Shown here one piece after another: positions 19,266 to 29,220 of a stretch of DNA of 64,000 bases (position 1 is its first letter; every line of letters begins with the position of its first letter). Location of the stretch: the NCBI GenBank assembly GCA_965198235.1, contig OZ240248.1:4704001-4768000 (forward strand), read 5' to 3'. The DNA is from Candidatus Poribacteria bacterium. GTDB taxonomy: Bacteria; Poribacteria; WGA-4E; WGA-3G. Under the pieces are notes generated by a model. The model saw only the letters and a list, made by a program, of their open reading frames with translations, was not told the origin of the DNA and made no database searches. Both the position numbers and the translations under genes were made by a program.

Positions 19266-21541
19266 GGAATATCAATAGGCACAATCCAACCTTTCGTTAA
19301 CGCCGGTTTATAAGCATTATCGCGCAAATAATCCGAGGTCTGCCACAGGCAGAGATGCTTACCGTCTGGCATCCAGACGACCGATGTCAGCTTCATCGGA
19401 ATGCGAGCAATAGGAAATTTCTTACCGCTCTCAAGGTCATAAACCCAGACCTTCCAGCGGATGCCCGCACAGTCTTCACGTTCCATATATGCTAACTGTT
19501 TACCTGTTGGCGACCATGCGGGTGAGGTGTGTTTCAAAATCTGACTCTGCGTCAAAGTGGACACCGTCTCTGATACGTGCAGCTGCTTATCGAGCAGCTG
19601 CCCCGGACGGTTACTGCCGGACAAGACATAAGCCAGCTGGGTTCCATCTGCCGACCAGTTCACTTGATGAACCTGTTGATGCTGCGTCAGGATCCCTTTT
19701 ATGTGCTGCCCTTCTATGTCTTGGATGCGGATGCCAACATATTTTGAATTGTTTACACCGAAAGCAACACGGGTGCCATCAGGTGCCCAAGATGGTGCAG
19801 ACAGATAGGTATAGGTACGCTGCCGGCGTTCAATTGGTACACGGGCAATAGCACCTAAACCGCTACCATCACTATTGATTCGGTAGACGATGTCCAGTCT
19901 CCCAGTTTGAGAAAAGGCGCGTCTTCTGAACACCAAACGGTTCGATGTCGGTGAAAAGGCAGGTCCATCTCCACGAACTAACTGTTTGATCCGTCCGAAT
20001 TTCCAATCGACTGTGTAAATAAAGCGTTCACCCTTTTCGTCAACTTCAAAAGCAACAAGCCTACTGTCAAGCGACCAAGAGACATGCGGATTGTAAAAGT
20101 CTCCGGTGTAGAACTTTCGTGCCCGTTCCCCCTTCCGATCCATAATCCACAGTTCATTTGCACGCCAATATCTGCCACCCAAATCTTCTCTCTTTAAAAA
20201 TGCGATGAGCTCCCCGTCCGGACTCCAGCGCGGAAACTCAGCACCTTCAATTAATTGCACCCTATACGGATCCGTAATCGAGTGATCTTCCTTACGACAG
20301 AAAGCCGTATTGAACATGATACCGTCTATCTCTTTGAACTCACCGAAGGCGAACTTGTTCATCCACCCTTGTACACCGTTGGGGAGTTCAACTTCATACC
20401 ATCCGTCCGAAACTCGTACAATCGGCAAATGCACTCCATCGTTGAGTTGTAACAACACGGATGTCCCTTCGCTGATGGCGGTTGTACCCCCGTCCTTTCT
20501 TGTATAAACCGGTGCCGCGTCATGTGCCACAGTCCCTTGTCGTCGAGTCTCCGTCGCGCGATTCCTGCTGGCGAGGTTTGCAACCTCGCTTGCGTTTGTA
20601 AAGGCGTAGACGTTGCCATCACCAGATGCAGCATAGAGAACGCCATCGGAGATTGCAGGGGCAGCGTCCACAAAACCACCGAGTTGATATGTCCAAGTTT
20701 CAGTCTTGGATGCTACATCAAACGCGTGGAGTTGTCCATCACGGGCACCGATATAGACGATGCCATTCGCCGTCACAGGATAACTCTCGCTTCCACCTGT
20801 GTAACCTCGCCACAAGTCGGCGTTGTGTTCTGGAAAGATAGGACGGAACACCCCATTAGCACATCCATATTCAATACCGTGGATGCGAATTTTCCGCTCA
20901 CGCATTGCTTCAAGAGTGCCTGTCCGCGCATTCAGCAGATAGATTTTTGAAGGAAACGCACCGATGTAAACCCTATTGTCCAAAACAATCGGCGGCGCGT
21001 CCATCCAACTTTTCGATTTGAACTCCCACAGTTTTTCACCTGTTTTTGCATCTAACGCGTAAACTTTGTTGTTCCTCGCGCTAAAGTAGACGCTATCTGC
21101 CAGGACCGTCGCAGAGTAACGGATAGCGTCCCCGGCATCAAAAACCCACCTGATACCCCACTGCTTCGCATCCAGTGCATACAACTTGCCATCGGTCGAT
21201 CCGATATACAAAATCCCATTCGCAATCACTGGTGAAGCATGGAGCGGTCCACCGGTTTTGAATTTCCACAGCAGTTCCAACGGTGGTGTAACGCTTTTGT
21301 CAGGACTCACCCCAGAAAAGCCAAGATTGTGCATGAACATGTGCCAATCTTCAGCACGAGGAGGCGGGACAGGTTCTGTTGCTTCAGGGGCTGCTGGCTG
21401 CTGTGCTGTCGGTTGCTGCGTCTGCTTTTTCTGTTGTGAATCGCATCCCCACACAAGGAGGAGTACAAGTAGGACTAAGAACTTTTTGGCACAGTTCGCA
21501 AGCGAAAATTTATTATAGAAAAGTCTATTCCAGAGATACAC
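19262..21541 (-). CDS. Lipoprotein with PQQ/BamB-like propeller, SH3-like domain and TolB/PD40 propeller
   Basis: Lipobox VWGC; SP..VYIG.DG.LYA.D repeats; WYEVELPNGVQGW; repeated P.WSPDG motifs. Confidence 0.8.
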   Translation of the reverse strand: MYLWNRLFYNKFSLANCAKKFLVLLVLLLVWGCDSQQKKQTQQPTAQQPAAPEATEPVPPPRAEDWHMFMHNLGFSGVSPDKSVTPPLELLWKFKTGGPLHASPVIANGILYIGSTDGKLYALDAKQWGIRWVFDAGDAIRYSATVLADSVYFSARNNKVYALDAKTGEKLWEFKSKSWMDAPPIVLDNRVYIGAFPSKIYLLNARTGTLEAMRERKIRIHGIEYGCANGVFRPIFPEHNADLWRGYTGGSESYPVTANGIVYIGARDGQLHAFDVASKTETWTYQLGGFVDAAPAISDGVLYAASGDGNVYAFTNASEVANLASRNRATETRRQGTVAHDAAPVYTRKDGGTTAISEGTSVLLQLNDGVHLPIVRVSDGWYEVELPNGVQGWMNKFAFGEFKEIDGIMFNTAFCRKEDHSITDPYRVQLIEGAEFPRWSPDGELIAFLKREDLGGRYWRANELWIMDRKGERARKFYTGDFYNPHVSWSLDSRLVAFEVDEKGERFIYTVDWKFGRIKQLVRGDGPAFSPTSNRLVFRRRAFSQTGRLDIVYRINSDGSGLGAIARVPIERRQRTYTYLSAPSWAPDGTRVAFGVNNSKYVGIRIQDIEGQHIKGILTQHQQVHQVNWSADGTQLAYVLSGSNRPGQLLDKQLHVSETVSTLTQSQILKHTSPAWSPTGKQLAYMEREDCAGIRWKVWVYDLESGKKFPIARIPMKLTSVVWMPDGKHLCLWQTSDYLRDNAYKPALTKGWIVPIDIP

Positions 21542-21645
21542 ATCGACCCTTTCGTTAAGACCTTAGATTAGGGATTGAGGCTATGGGAAAACCATTGAGA
21601 CATTTCATTATCTATTAAGTTAGCATATTAGTCAACTACCCAAGC

Positions 21646-22500
21646 CTAAAGACTTGGGAAACCTGCGATAGCACTAAACAGTGTTAGCTGTGTTGCTTTC
21701 TGCAAGTCCAAGTTTTCTGCTTCGTTCTTGTTTCTCGTTTCACAGAGGGTGGCAACCCACCGCTCTCCACGAAGGGCCGTAGCAGCCCTAATAAGTATAT
21801 TTAGCGCAGCGTTCTGATCCCGGTCAAGAGAGAATCCACAATAACCGCAGTTAAAGGTCCGTATCGCCAGCGAAAGTTTCTTTGGCGACTTTAAACCACA
21901 ACAGGAACAGGTTTGCGAGGTATCTTTGGGATTCACTTGATGGAAGTGCAAACCGTCTCTTTCGGCTATGTCTGCACACCACTTAAAGAATTTGCCCCAA
22001 GACGCATCGCTGATGCTCTTGCTGAGGTGTGTGTTCTGAACCATATTGGATATGCCCAAATCTTCAGCGACAAGGACATTGTTTTTCAGGTGATGATAGA
22101 GTTTGTAAACGAGTTTGCCGATAAAGTCTTTGCGTTTGTGGGTTGTCCGTTCCTGGTGTAGTGCCGTTGCATGCACGGCTTTCTGCCAGCGATGACTCCC
22201 TTTTTTCGCGTCTCCGTTCTTACATCGTCTACGGAAGTTACCAAATGCTTTATCCACGCGGGCTAAAATATGATTCTGAAAGTCTTGGGGCACTTCGCGA
22301 TAGTCGGCATATTTACGACGCGCTTGGGTCAACAACTTCTGCTGCTCCTTGCGAGAGACAAAGACACCTTCTTCTTCGTAAGCACGGACACGGTTGAAAC
22401 GTGCTGAATTCTGAAGATCGCAAAGATGGTCAAACCACATCAAAAAAGTTTGTGCTTCTGCTTGCGTCGGAGATAACCGATATTTATATGTGAGATTCAT
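21646..22500 (-). pseudogene. tnpB: TnpB with in-frame internal deletion (no RuvC-I motif)
   Basis: N-term TYKYRL.P; VAEDL, SISDASWG, TSQTCSCCG, CGYCG, DRDQNAALNI; no GID/GVD RuvC-I motif; only 284 aa. Confidence 0.85.
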
Positions 22501-22510
22501 GGTATATCAG

Positions 22511-22592
22511 GTATCAGGTGTTTATCCCCTAATGAGTGGGAGGCAAGCACGCCACCAAGGGGTAACGCTCATTATGCTTGCCAACCTGATAC
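22511..22592 (-). ncRNA. Structured 5' leader of tnpB (nested stems with pseudoknots)
   Basis: GUAUCAGG/CCUGAUAC, GGCAAGCA/UGCUUGCC, UAAUGAG/CUCAUUA, CCCCU/AGGGG complementarities. Confidence 0.5.
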
Positions 22593-22596
22593 TTTA

Positions 22597-22625
22597 ATTA
22601 TACGACAATTTCAGACAAAAATCAA
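22597..22625 (-). promoter_or_regulatory. sigma70 promoter of tnpB
   Basis: TTGATT-N17-TATAAT on the minus strand. Confidence 0.65.
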
Positions 22626-23244
22626 GTTCATTTTTCAAATAACGCTTTGGCAAAACATACAAGAGCGGTTTTTCCTCCCAAACCTAAAGGATTGGGATTC
22701 CAAAACCGACTATACCCTTGAAGCGTGTGCAACTGAAATACGGTCTGCCTGATAGCCCTTCTGCGGTTTGAAGAAGACAGAATGCTGAAAACTATAGAAT
22801 TATCAAAGTATGTAGACGGGTGGAAGGGCATCTGTTGTAGGTGTCCATAAACGCCCATTGCTGGTGAGGTCTCCTCGGGAAACACTTAAGCAAAACACCT
22901 CGTCCTCCGCTTCGTATAGATAATTGTAGGTTTTACCATAAATAACTTTACCGAATTTTTATAACCTTCGTATTTCCTGAAGAAAATCGAATCGGTTTGC
23001 AACAAAAAATAAAAAGATGAAGCGTACATCTCCCAACTTTTATATCTTTTCGTGAAACTTTTCGTGAAACGAAATTACATCAGGTTCTAATGAAAAGCGG
23101 ATGCTTGAAGACTACAAAGAATCAGTTTTTCTCAAACGCTACGAAAGTTAGAAAAATTTGAATTTGCGGTAAAACTGTGTTAAAATTATACTTCTACAGT
23201 ACAACACCATTTTATTTTATTTATATTGTAAGCGGTGAAGGAAA

Positions 23245-24531
23245 ATGAACACGTCAAAGTCTCGCAATCCGAGAATTGCTTTCAAGTTAGGTGAAGTCGA
23301 CCCACAGATTGTTGAAATCACCGCCAAAGACCTGAAACGTCAGCAAGATTCTCTCATGCTGATCCCATCCGAGAACTACGCCAGTCGTGCCGTTATGGAA
23401 ATCCAGAGCAGCATTCTCGCCAATAAATACGCCGAGGGCTATCCGGGTGAGCGTTACTATAACGGATGCCAGTTTATGGACGCTGTTGAATCGCTCGCGA
23501 TTGAACGCGCGAAAGCACTCTTCGGCGTTGAACATGTCAACGTCCAACCTCACGCTGGCAGCCAAGCCAATATGGCAGTTTACCATGCGTTGCTTGAGCC
23601 TGGGGACACTATTTTATCCATGTCTCTCAGCCACGGTGGGCATCTCAGCCACGGCGATGCTGTCAACTTTTCTGGACGTTATTATAATATCGTTACATAC
23701 GGGGTGAATGCCGAAACTGAGCGAATCGACATGGAAGGGATCGCACGCCTCGCCGCGGAGCATCGTCCGAGACTCATCGTTGTCGGCGCGACAGCCTATC
23801 CTCGGCACTTCGACTTTGCCGCATGGCGACAGGTTGCTGATTCCGTAGGTGCCTATCTGCTCGCAGATATAGCCCATATTGCCGGGCTTATCGCCGGTGG
23901 TGCACACCCGGATCCTGTTCCGTACAGTGATGTGATAACGACGACAACACACAAGACCTTACGGGGTCCCCGCGGTGCGATGATTATGTGTAGAGCCGAA
24001 TATGCAGACAAGATTGACCGCGCCGTGTTTCCGGGCTTACAAGGTGGTCCCTTCCTTCATACAATCGCTGCCAGAGCTGTTGCGTTCAAGGAGGCAAGTG
24101 AACCCGCTTTTAAGACATATCAGGCACAGATTGTTAAAAATGCTAAGGCACTCGCTGCACGATTAATTGAAAACGGTTTCCGATTGGTGAGCGGTGGCAC
24201 CGACAATCATCTGATGCTGATAGATATCACCTCCAAATATGAGAAACTTAGTGGACGACAAGCCGCCGATCATTTGGAAGATGCCGGAATTATTGTAAAT
24301 AAAAATACCATTCCTTTCGACAAGCGGAAACCGAGAACGACAAGTGGTCTACGCCTCGGGACACCGATGATTACGACGCGCGGGATGACAGAGGATGAGA
24401 TGGTCCTCGTCGCCGATTTCATCGCAGAAACGCTTGAAAATAGGCAGAAAGCCTCTATCAAACGGCAAATCCGAGGGAAAGTTAAGGAACTCTGTACGCA
24501 ATTCCCAATTTATGAATACCTAAATTCGTAA
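23245..24531 (+). CDS. glyA: Serine hydroxymethyltransferase
   Basis: [44 protein letters not shown]. Confidence 0.97.
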   Translation: MNTSKSRNPRIAFKLGEVDPQIVEITAKDLKRQQDSLMLIPSENYASRAVMEIQSSILANKYAEGYPGERYYNGCQFMDAVESLAIERAKALFGVEHVNVQPHAGSQANMAVYHALLEPGDTILSMSLSHGGHLSHGDAVNFSGRYYNIVTYGVNAETERIDMEGIARLAAEHRPRLIVVGATAYPRHFDFAAWRQVADSVGAYLLADIAHIAGLIAGGAHPDPVPYSDVITTTTHKTLRGPRGAMIMCRAEYADKIDRAVFPGLQGGPFLHTIAARAVAFKEASEPAFKTYQAQIVKNAKALAARLIENGFRLVSGGTDNHLMLIDITSKYEKLSGRQAADHLEDAGIIVNKNTIPFDKRKPRTTSGLRLGTPMITTRGMTEDEMVLVADFIAETLENRQKASIKRQIRGKVKELCTQFPIYEYLNS

Positions 24532-24540
24532 GCGGACATC

Positions 24541-25962
24541 GTGTGTCTGAACGGGAGCAGCAGCGAAAAATTGGATTACAAAGCGGCACTCGCCTATATT
24601 GAAGGGTTTATTGACTATGAAAGAAGTCCTGATTTTTCACGGCAGGCGCGGCTCTATAATTTGGACAGGATCTCCTTATTGCTGGAGCTGCTCGGTAATC
24701 CACACGATAGACTGCAGGTTGTCCATATCGCAGGGAGCAAAGGGAAAGGCTCCACTGCTGCCCTTATAGCATCGGTGCTTACGCATGCCGGCTATAAAAC
24801 CGGTTTGTTTACATCTCCGCATCTCATTACACCGCGAGAACGGTGTCGTATTGATGGAGATTTAATCTCAGAAGCAGATGTTGCTATTTATGTTGAGAAA
24901 CTCAAGCCGGCAATTGAGGCTGTTTCCGCTTCTGAGTTCGGACGTGTCTCATTTTTTGAAATATACACCGCGCTTGCTTTTTTCTATTTTGCCGACAACG
25001 GAACAGACTTTGCTGTTATCGAGGTCGGCTTGGGTGGTAGGCTCGATGCGACGAACGTTGTTACACCAGTCGTGACTGTTATTACACCGATCGGCTTAGA
25101 ACATACCGCGATATTGGGGGAAACATATACCGAAATAGCGGGCGAGAAAGCCGAAATCATTAAACAGGAATGTCCCGTGGCACTTGCACCACAGCACCCG
25201 GAAGCGCGAGCAGTGTTTGAGAAAGTGGCGAGCGAGCGCAAGGCACCGATTGTTGAACTCAAAGTCCTTGACGCAGCTTGCAAGCCAATCTCTCGAGGGG
25301 CAGGACAAGACTCGTGTGTATCAGACCCGCGTCTCATTCAAAATGTCGATGGTTTACCTATAGCACAGCGATTTGACGTGGAAACGGATTCGGAGAGTTA
25401 TCCGCAGCTCACTATGCCGCTCCTTGGACACCATCAGTTTATAAACGCGACAACTGCTGTTGCAGCGATTGAGTGCCTGAAACAAGAAGGATACATAGTT
25501 CCGAAAGTTAGTGTTTATGCCGGATTTAAGAACGTGCAGTGGCACGGTCGGATCCAACGAATTAGGTCCTCGCCAATCGTTGTCCTTGATGGCGCGCACT
25601 CCTCTGCCTCAATGGAGGTACTCTGCTGCACTCTCCGTCAGAGTTTTCGTTACAGTCGGGTGATTTTTATCGTTAGTTTAATGAAAGATAAGAATCTTAC
25701 AGCAATTGGCAATGTTATTTCACAAACAGCAGATTTCGTGATTGCTACACAAGTTCTTAACAATCCGCGTGTGATGCCCGCTGAGGAGTTACAAAGTGCT
25801 TGGGAGAAGATGTGTAGGAAAATTACCGCGTGTCCAACGCCGGAAGAAGCAATCACAAAGGCGTTATCCGACGCATCACCGACAGATTTAATCTGTGTTA
25901 CAGGTTCGCTCTATCTCGTCGGTCAGGCGTTGGAATGTTTTTCGGTTCTCGATAGCCAATAG
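24541..25962 (+). CDS. folC: Folylpolyglutamate synthase/dihydrofolate synthase
   Basis: HIAGSKGKGST, TSPHL, EVGLGGRLDATN, LDGAH, TGSLYLVG. Confidence 0.95.
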   Translation: MCLNGSSSEKLDYKAALAYIEGFIDYERSPDFSRQARLYNLDRISLLLELLGNPHDRLQVVHIAGSKGKGSTAALIASVLTHAGYKTGLFTSPHLITPRERCRIDGDLISEADVAIYVEKLKPAIEAVSASEFGRVSFFEIYTALAFFYFADNGTDFAVIEVGLGGRLDATNVVTPVVTVITPIGLEHTAILGETYTEIAGEKAEIIKQECPVALAPQHPEARAVFEKVASERKAPIVELKVLDAACKPISRGAGQDSCVSDPRLIQNVDGLPIAQRFDVETDSESYPQLTMPLLGHHQFINATTAVAAIECLKQEGYIVPKVSVYAGFKNVQWHGRIQRIRSSPIVVLDGAHSSASMEVLCCTLRQSFRYSRVIFIVSLMKDKNLTAIGNVISQTADFVIATQVLNNPRVMPAEELQSAWEKMCRKITACPTPEEAITKALSDASPTDLICVTGSLYLVGQALECFSVLDSQ

Positions 25963-26150
25963 GAAATCATTTCTTGTTGGGACTGTGATATAGTGCCAAT
26001 CGTTAAAATAACGTAATTGACTCAGATAACGGTATAAAATGTAACAAAAACCGGTTTTGGACAGAGGTCCCCACCTGTTACTGTGGACAGATTCGACAAA
26101 ACCGAGCAGAAACCCAATCGTTAAAAAAATAAAAAAAAGAGAGGTTTTTA

Positions 26151-28508
26151 ATGCGTGATATTGCTTGCAAGCGACGGTGGCTAAATTGGAAGACATTTCT
26201 GATATCTCTGCCCGTTCTAAATTTAGCCACCGTGGCTTTTGCCCAAACAGACTCCGCTCCGACTGTGCCGCCGGTGTGGTGGATTGCCCCGGTTGGTGCC
26301 CTCATCGCTTTAGGTTTTGCGTACCACTTCTACCGCGGTGTGATGAAGCAGGACGAGGGCAACGAAACAATGCGCGACATCGCACAATCCGTGCGTGAAG
26401 GCGCGATGGCATATCTCAGGCAACAGTACAAAGTGGTGGGCATCGTTTTTGCCGTGCTCTGTCTCATCTTTATATTCATGGCTTTCGTCCTTAATGCCCA
26501 AAACAGAGTTGTCCCGTTTGCCTTTCTCACAGGGGGCTTTTTCTCAGGACTCTGCGGTTTCCTCGGTATGAAGACGGCAACCAACGCCTCCGCTCGCACT
26601 ACAAGTGCCGCTATGCAAGGCCTCAATGCAGGCTTGAAGGTCGCGTTCCGTGCCGGTGCAGTCATGGGATTGATAGTTGTCGGATTCGCACTCCTTGATA
26701 TTACCGGATGGTTTCTCATCCTTTATTACCTTTTTCCCAAGATATTGCCCGGATTTTTAGAAGTAAACCCACTTCCACAGATTACTGTGATTATGCTTAG
26801 TTTCGGCATGGGTGCCTCAACGCAGGCACTCTTCGCTCGTGTGGGGGGTGGTATCTATACCAAAGCGGCGGATGTTGGCGCGGATCTGGTTGGAAAAGTT
26901 GAAGCCGGACTTTCAGAGGATGACCCGCGTAACCCTGCAGTCATCGCAGATAATGTCGGTGATAACGTCGGCGATGTCGCAGGCATGGGAGCGGATCTTT
27001 ACGAATCCTATGCAGGGTCAATCCTCGCAACGGCTGCCCTCGGTGTCGCAGCTATTGCTGCCAGAGATCACAATGATCTTGCCCTCCAGCTTAAATATCT
27101 TTCAGCACCTATGATTATCGCTGGTATCGGTGTCATTCTTTCCATTTTAGGTATCTATATGGTGCGGACAAAAGAAGGCGCGACAATGAAACAGTTGATG
27201 GGTTCCCTGAACTTCGGCATCAACGGAAGTGCTGTAGGTATCGCGATTGTCTCACTCCCTGTCCTTGTCTATTTGGGACTTCCTAACATGTGGCAGATTT
27301 GGGGGGCAATTATCGCCGGGCTTGTGGCAGGTTTGATTATTGGGAAGGTCACTGAGGTCTTTACCTCTCACGATTATGCGCCGACCCGTGCCATCGCGAA
27401 GCAGGCGCAAACCGGACCCGCAACAGTCATTATTGAAGGCATTGCTGTCGGCATGGAATCAACGGCAATTCCGGTCATAACCATTGTCGTTGCAGTTGCC
27501 ATTAGTTACTACCTCCCCGGCGGGGCAGCCGAGCCGCTGATGGGGCTTTATGGAGTCGGCATTGCCGCTGTCGGTATGCTGGCGACGCTTGGTATTACTC
27601 TCGCCACAGATGCATACGGACCCATCGCAGACAACGCGGGTGGAAACGCCGAAATGGCAAAACTTGATAAAAGTGTCCGAGAAAGGACCGATCAGTTAGA
27701 TGCACTCGGCAACACAACAGCCGCAACCGGCAAAGGGTTTGCTATCGGATCGGCAGCACTGACAGCCCTCGCTCTTTTGGCTGCCTATTTGGAAGAAATT
27801 CGGTACGGATTAATCCACTTAGCACACAAGGACACACTCGTCATACCCGGTGAGGGTAGTATTGATACACTCAAAGTTTCGGTCAGTCAATTTATGGATT
27901 ACTACGATGTTACCCTGATGAACCCAAAAGTCCTCATCGGATTGTTCATCGGGGCAGTGATGGCGTTCTACTTCTGTGCGTTGACGATGAAAGCAGTTGG
28001 ACGTGCCGCGGGGGCTATGGTAGAGGAGGTCCGCCGCCAATTTCGAGAGAAACCCGGTATTATGACAGGCGAAGAGAAACCAGATTACGCGCGATGTGTT
28101 GAAATCTCAACGGTTGGTGCACAACGCGAGATGATCTTTCCATCACTTATCGCTATTGTTGTACCCGTCGCAGTCGGTTTGATTTTTGATGTTGCGGGTG
28201 TATTAGGTTTGCTGGCAGGTGGCTTAGCGACCGGTTTCGTGCTCGCAATTATGATGGCTAACGCTGGTGGCGCGTGGGATAATGCCAAGAAGTTCATTGA
28301 GGAAGGCAAACACAAAGACGAATACGGTGAAAAAGGCTCAGAACCGCATAAAGCCACCGTTGTTGGTGATACTGTCGGAGATCCATTCAAGGACACTTCC
28401 GGTCCGTCGCTTAACATTTTGATTAAGTTGATGTCCATGGTTTCTGTCGTGTTCGCCGGTCTCATTGCGAAATATGGCGGCGTGTTTAGCAGTTGGTTGG
28501 GCATATAA
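26151..28508 (+). CDS. hppA: Membrane-bound K+-dependent ion-translocating pyrophosphatase
   Basis: GGGIYTKAADVGADLVGKVE, DNVGDNVGD, DAYGPIADNAGG, GNTTAA (Ala = K+-dependent), GDTVGDPFKD. Confidence 0.96.
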   Translation: MRDIACKRRWLNWKTFLISLPVLNLATVAFAQTDSAPTVPPVWWIAPVGALIALGFAYHFYRGVMKQDEGNETMRDIAQSVREGAMAYLRQQYKVVGIVFAVLCLIFIFMAFVLNAQNRVVPFAFLTGGFFSGLCGFLGMKTATNASARTTSAAMQGLNAGLKVAFRAGAVMGLIVVGFALLDITGWFLILYYLFPKILPGFLEVNPLPQITVIMLSFGMGASTQALFARVGGGIYTKAADVGADLVGKVEAGLSEDDPRNPAVIADNVGDNVGDVAGMGADLYESYAGSILATAALGVAAIAARDHNDLALQLKYLSAPMIIAGIGVILSILGIYMVRTKEGATMKQLMGSLNFGINGSAVGIAIVSLPVLVYLGLPNMWQIWGAIIAGLVAGLIIGKVTEVFTSHDYAPTRAIAKQAQTGPATVIIEGIAVGMESTAIPVITIVVAVAISYYLPGGAAEPLMGLYGVGIAAVGMLATLGITLATDAYGPIADNAGGNAEMAKLDKSVRERTDQLDALGNTTAATGKGFAIGSAALTALALLAAYLEEIRYGLIHLAHKDTLVIPGEGSIDTLKVSVSQFMDYYDVTLMNPKVLIGLFIGAVMAFYFCALTMKAVGRAAGAMVEEVRRQFREKPGIMTGEEKPDYARCVEISTVGAQREMIFPSLIAIVVPVAVGLIFDVAGVLGLLAGGLATGFVLAIMMANAGGAWDNAKKFIEEGKHKDEYGEKGSEPHKATVVGDTVGDPFKDTSGPSLNILIKLMSMVSVVFAGLIAKYGGVFSSWLGI

Positions 28509-28606
28509 TCATACTGGCGCGACACCAAGTGAATGTCAATAGACTTTGTGCACCAATTGACTTTTGTAGGCTCGCTTTGTGAACGCTATCGAAAAGGAAC
28601 GTAAAT

Positions 28607-29128
28607 GTGAAGTTAAAAAACTCCATCGGATTCACCTTGGTGATTCTCATCTTCTTCGCGATGGGGTGTGAAAAGGCACTAAACGAGATTGTAACGAAAT
28701 CCGACGATGCGACCTCACCCGCTTCTGCTATTGATGGTGAAACAGGCAAAAAACCGGGATCGGAAAGTGTTGTCATTAGCGGTAGTACCGAGAAATTCGG
28801 AGCCGATAGATATGTCCTGAACGGTGCCAGAATAACAGACGATACACTGACCATCAACGTATCCTATGGCGGTGGATGTGAAACCCATCAACTCACCCTT
28901 ATTGCCTCGGACTCGTTTCTTGAGTCATTTCCAGTACAATTACGCATGACCCTTGCCCACGACGCAAACAACGACTTGTGCAGGGCGTGGTTGACTGAGG
29001 ATTATCACTTCGATCTTACGCCGATCAAGACAATGTATCAGAAGGCTTATCGACAAGCAGCGGGCACCATCATTTTACGACTCAAAGATGCTCCGGATGG
29101 AGAACTCGTCTACGAATTTGCAATGTAG
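28607..29128 (+). CDS. Hypothetical lipoprotein
   Basis: Lipobox AMGC; YGGGC..H and ESFPVQ..HDAN.D.C motifs. Confidence 0.7.
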   Translation: MKLKNSIGFTLVILIFFAMGCEKALNEIVTKSDDATSPASAIDGETGKKPGSESVVISGSTEKFGADRYVLNGARITDDTLTINVSYGGGCETHQLTLIASDSFLESFPVQLRMTLAHDANNDLCRAWLTEDYHFDLTPIKTMYQKAYRQAAGTIILRLKDAPDGELVYEFAM

Positions 29129-29220
29129 TTGCCAATTCTAAATTTCGGCGTTGTAGGGAAATCAATTTACCTTGCGGCTGCCTTCTGCTCGTTTATCAAT
29201 TTGTAGGAGAACACAGACAG

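Larger units (their letters stand above)
21631..22717 (-). mobile_element. IS200/IS605-family (tnpB-only) element
   Basis: Right end GGGTAGTTGAC (minus strand) with subterminal hairpin 21640-21658; matching hairpin 22677-22696 at the left end; encloses tnpB. Confidence 0.8.

Noticed and set aside
21646-22500. TldR-like domesticated RNA-guided repressor
   Set aside because: Inactivation is by a large deletion that also removes the wedge region, and transposon ends are still present; decay is more likely.
22628-22885. tnpA transposase next to tnpB
   Set aside because: No HUH or catalytic Tyr motif; the ORF spans the element end and its flank.
23000-23244. Riboswitch (ZTP, THF or glycine) upstream of glyA
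   Set aside because: AT-rich region with only a short ttttcgtgaaac duplication; no recognisable aptamer motifs.
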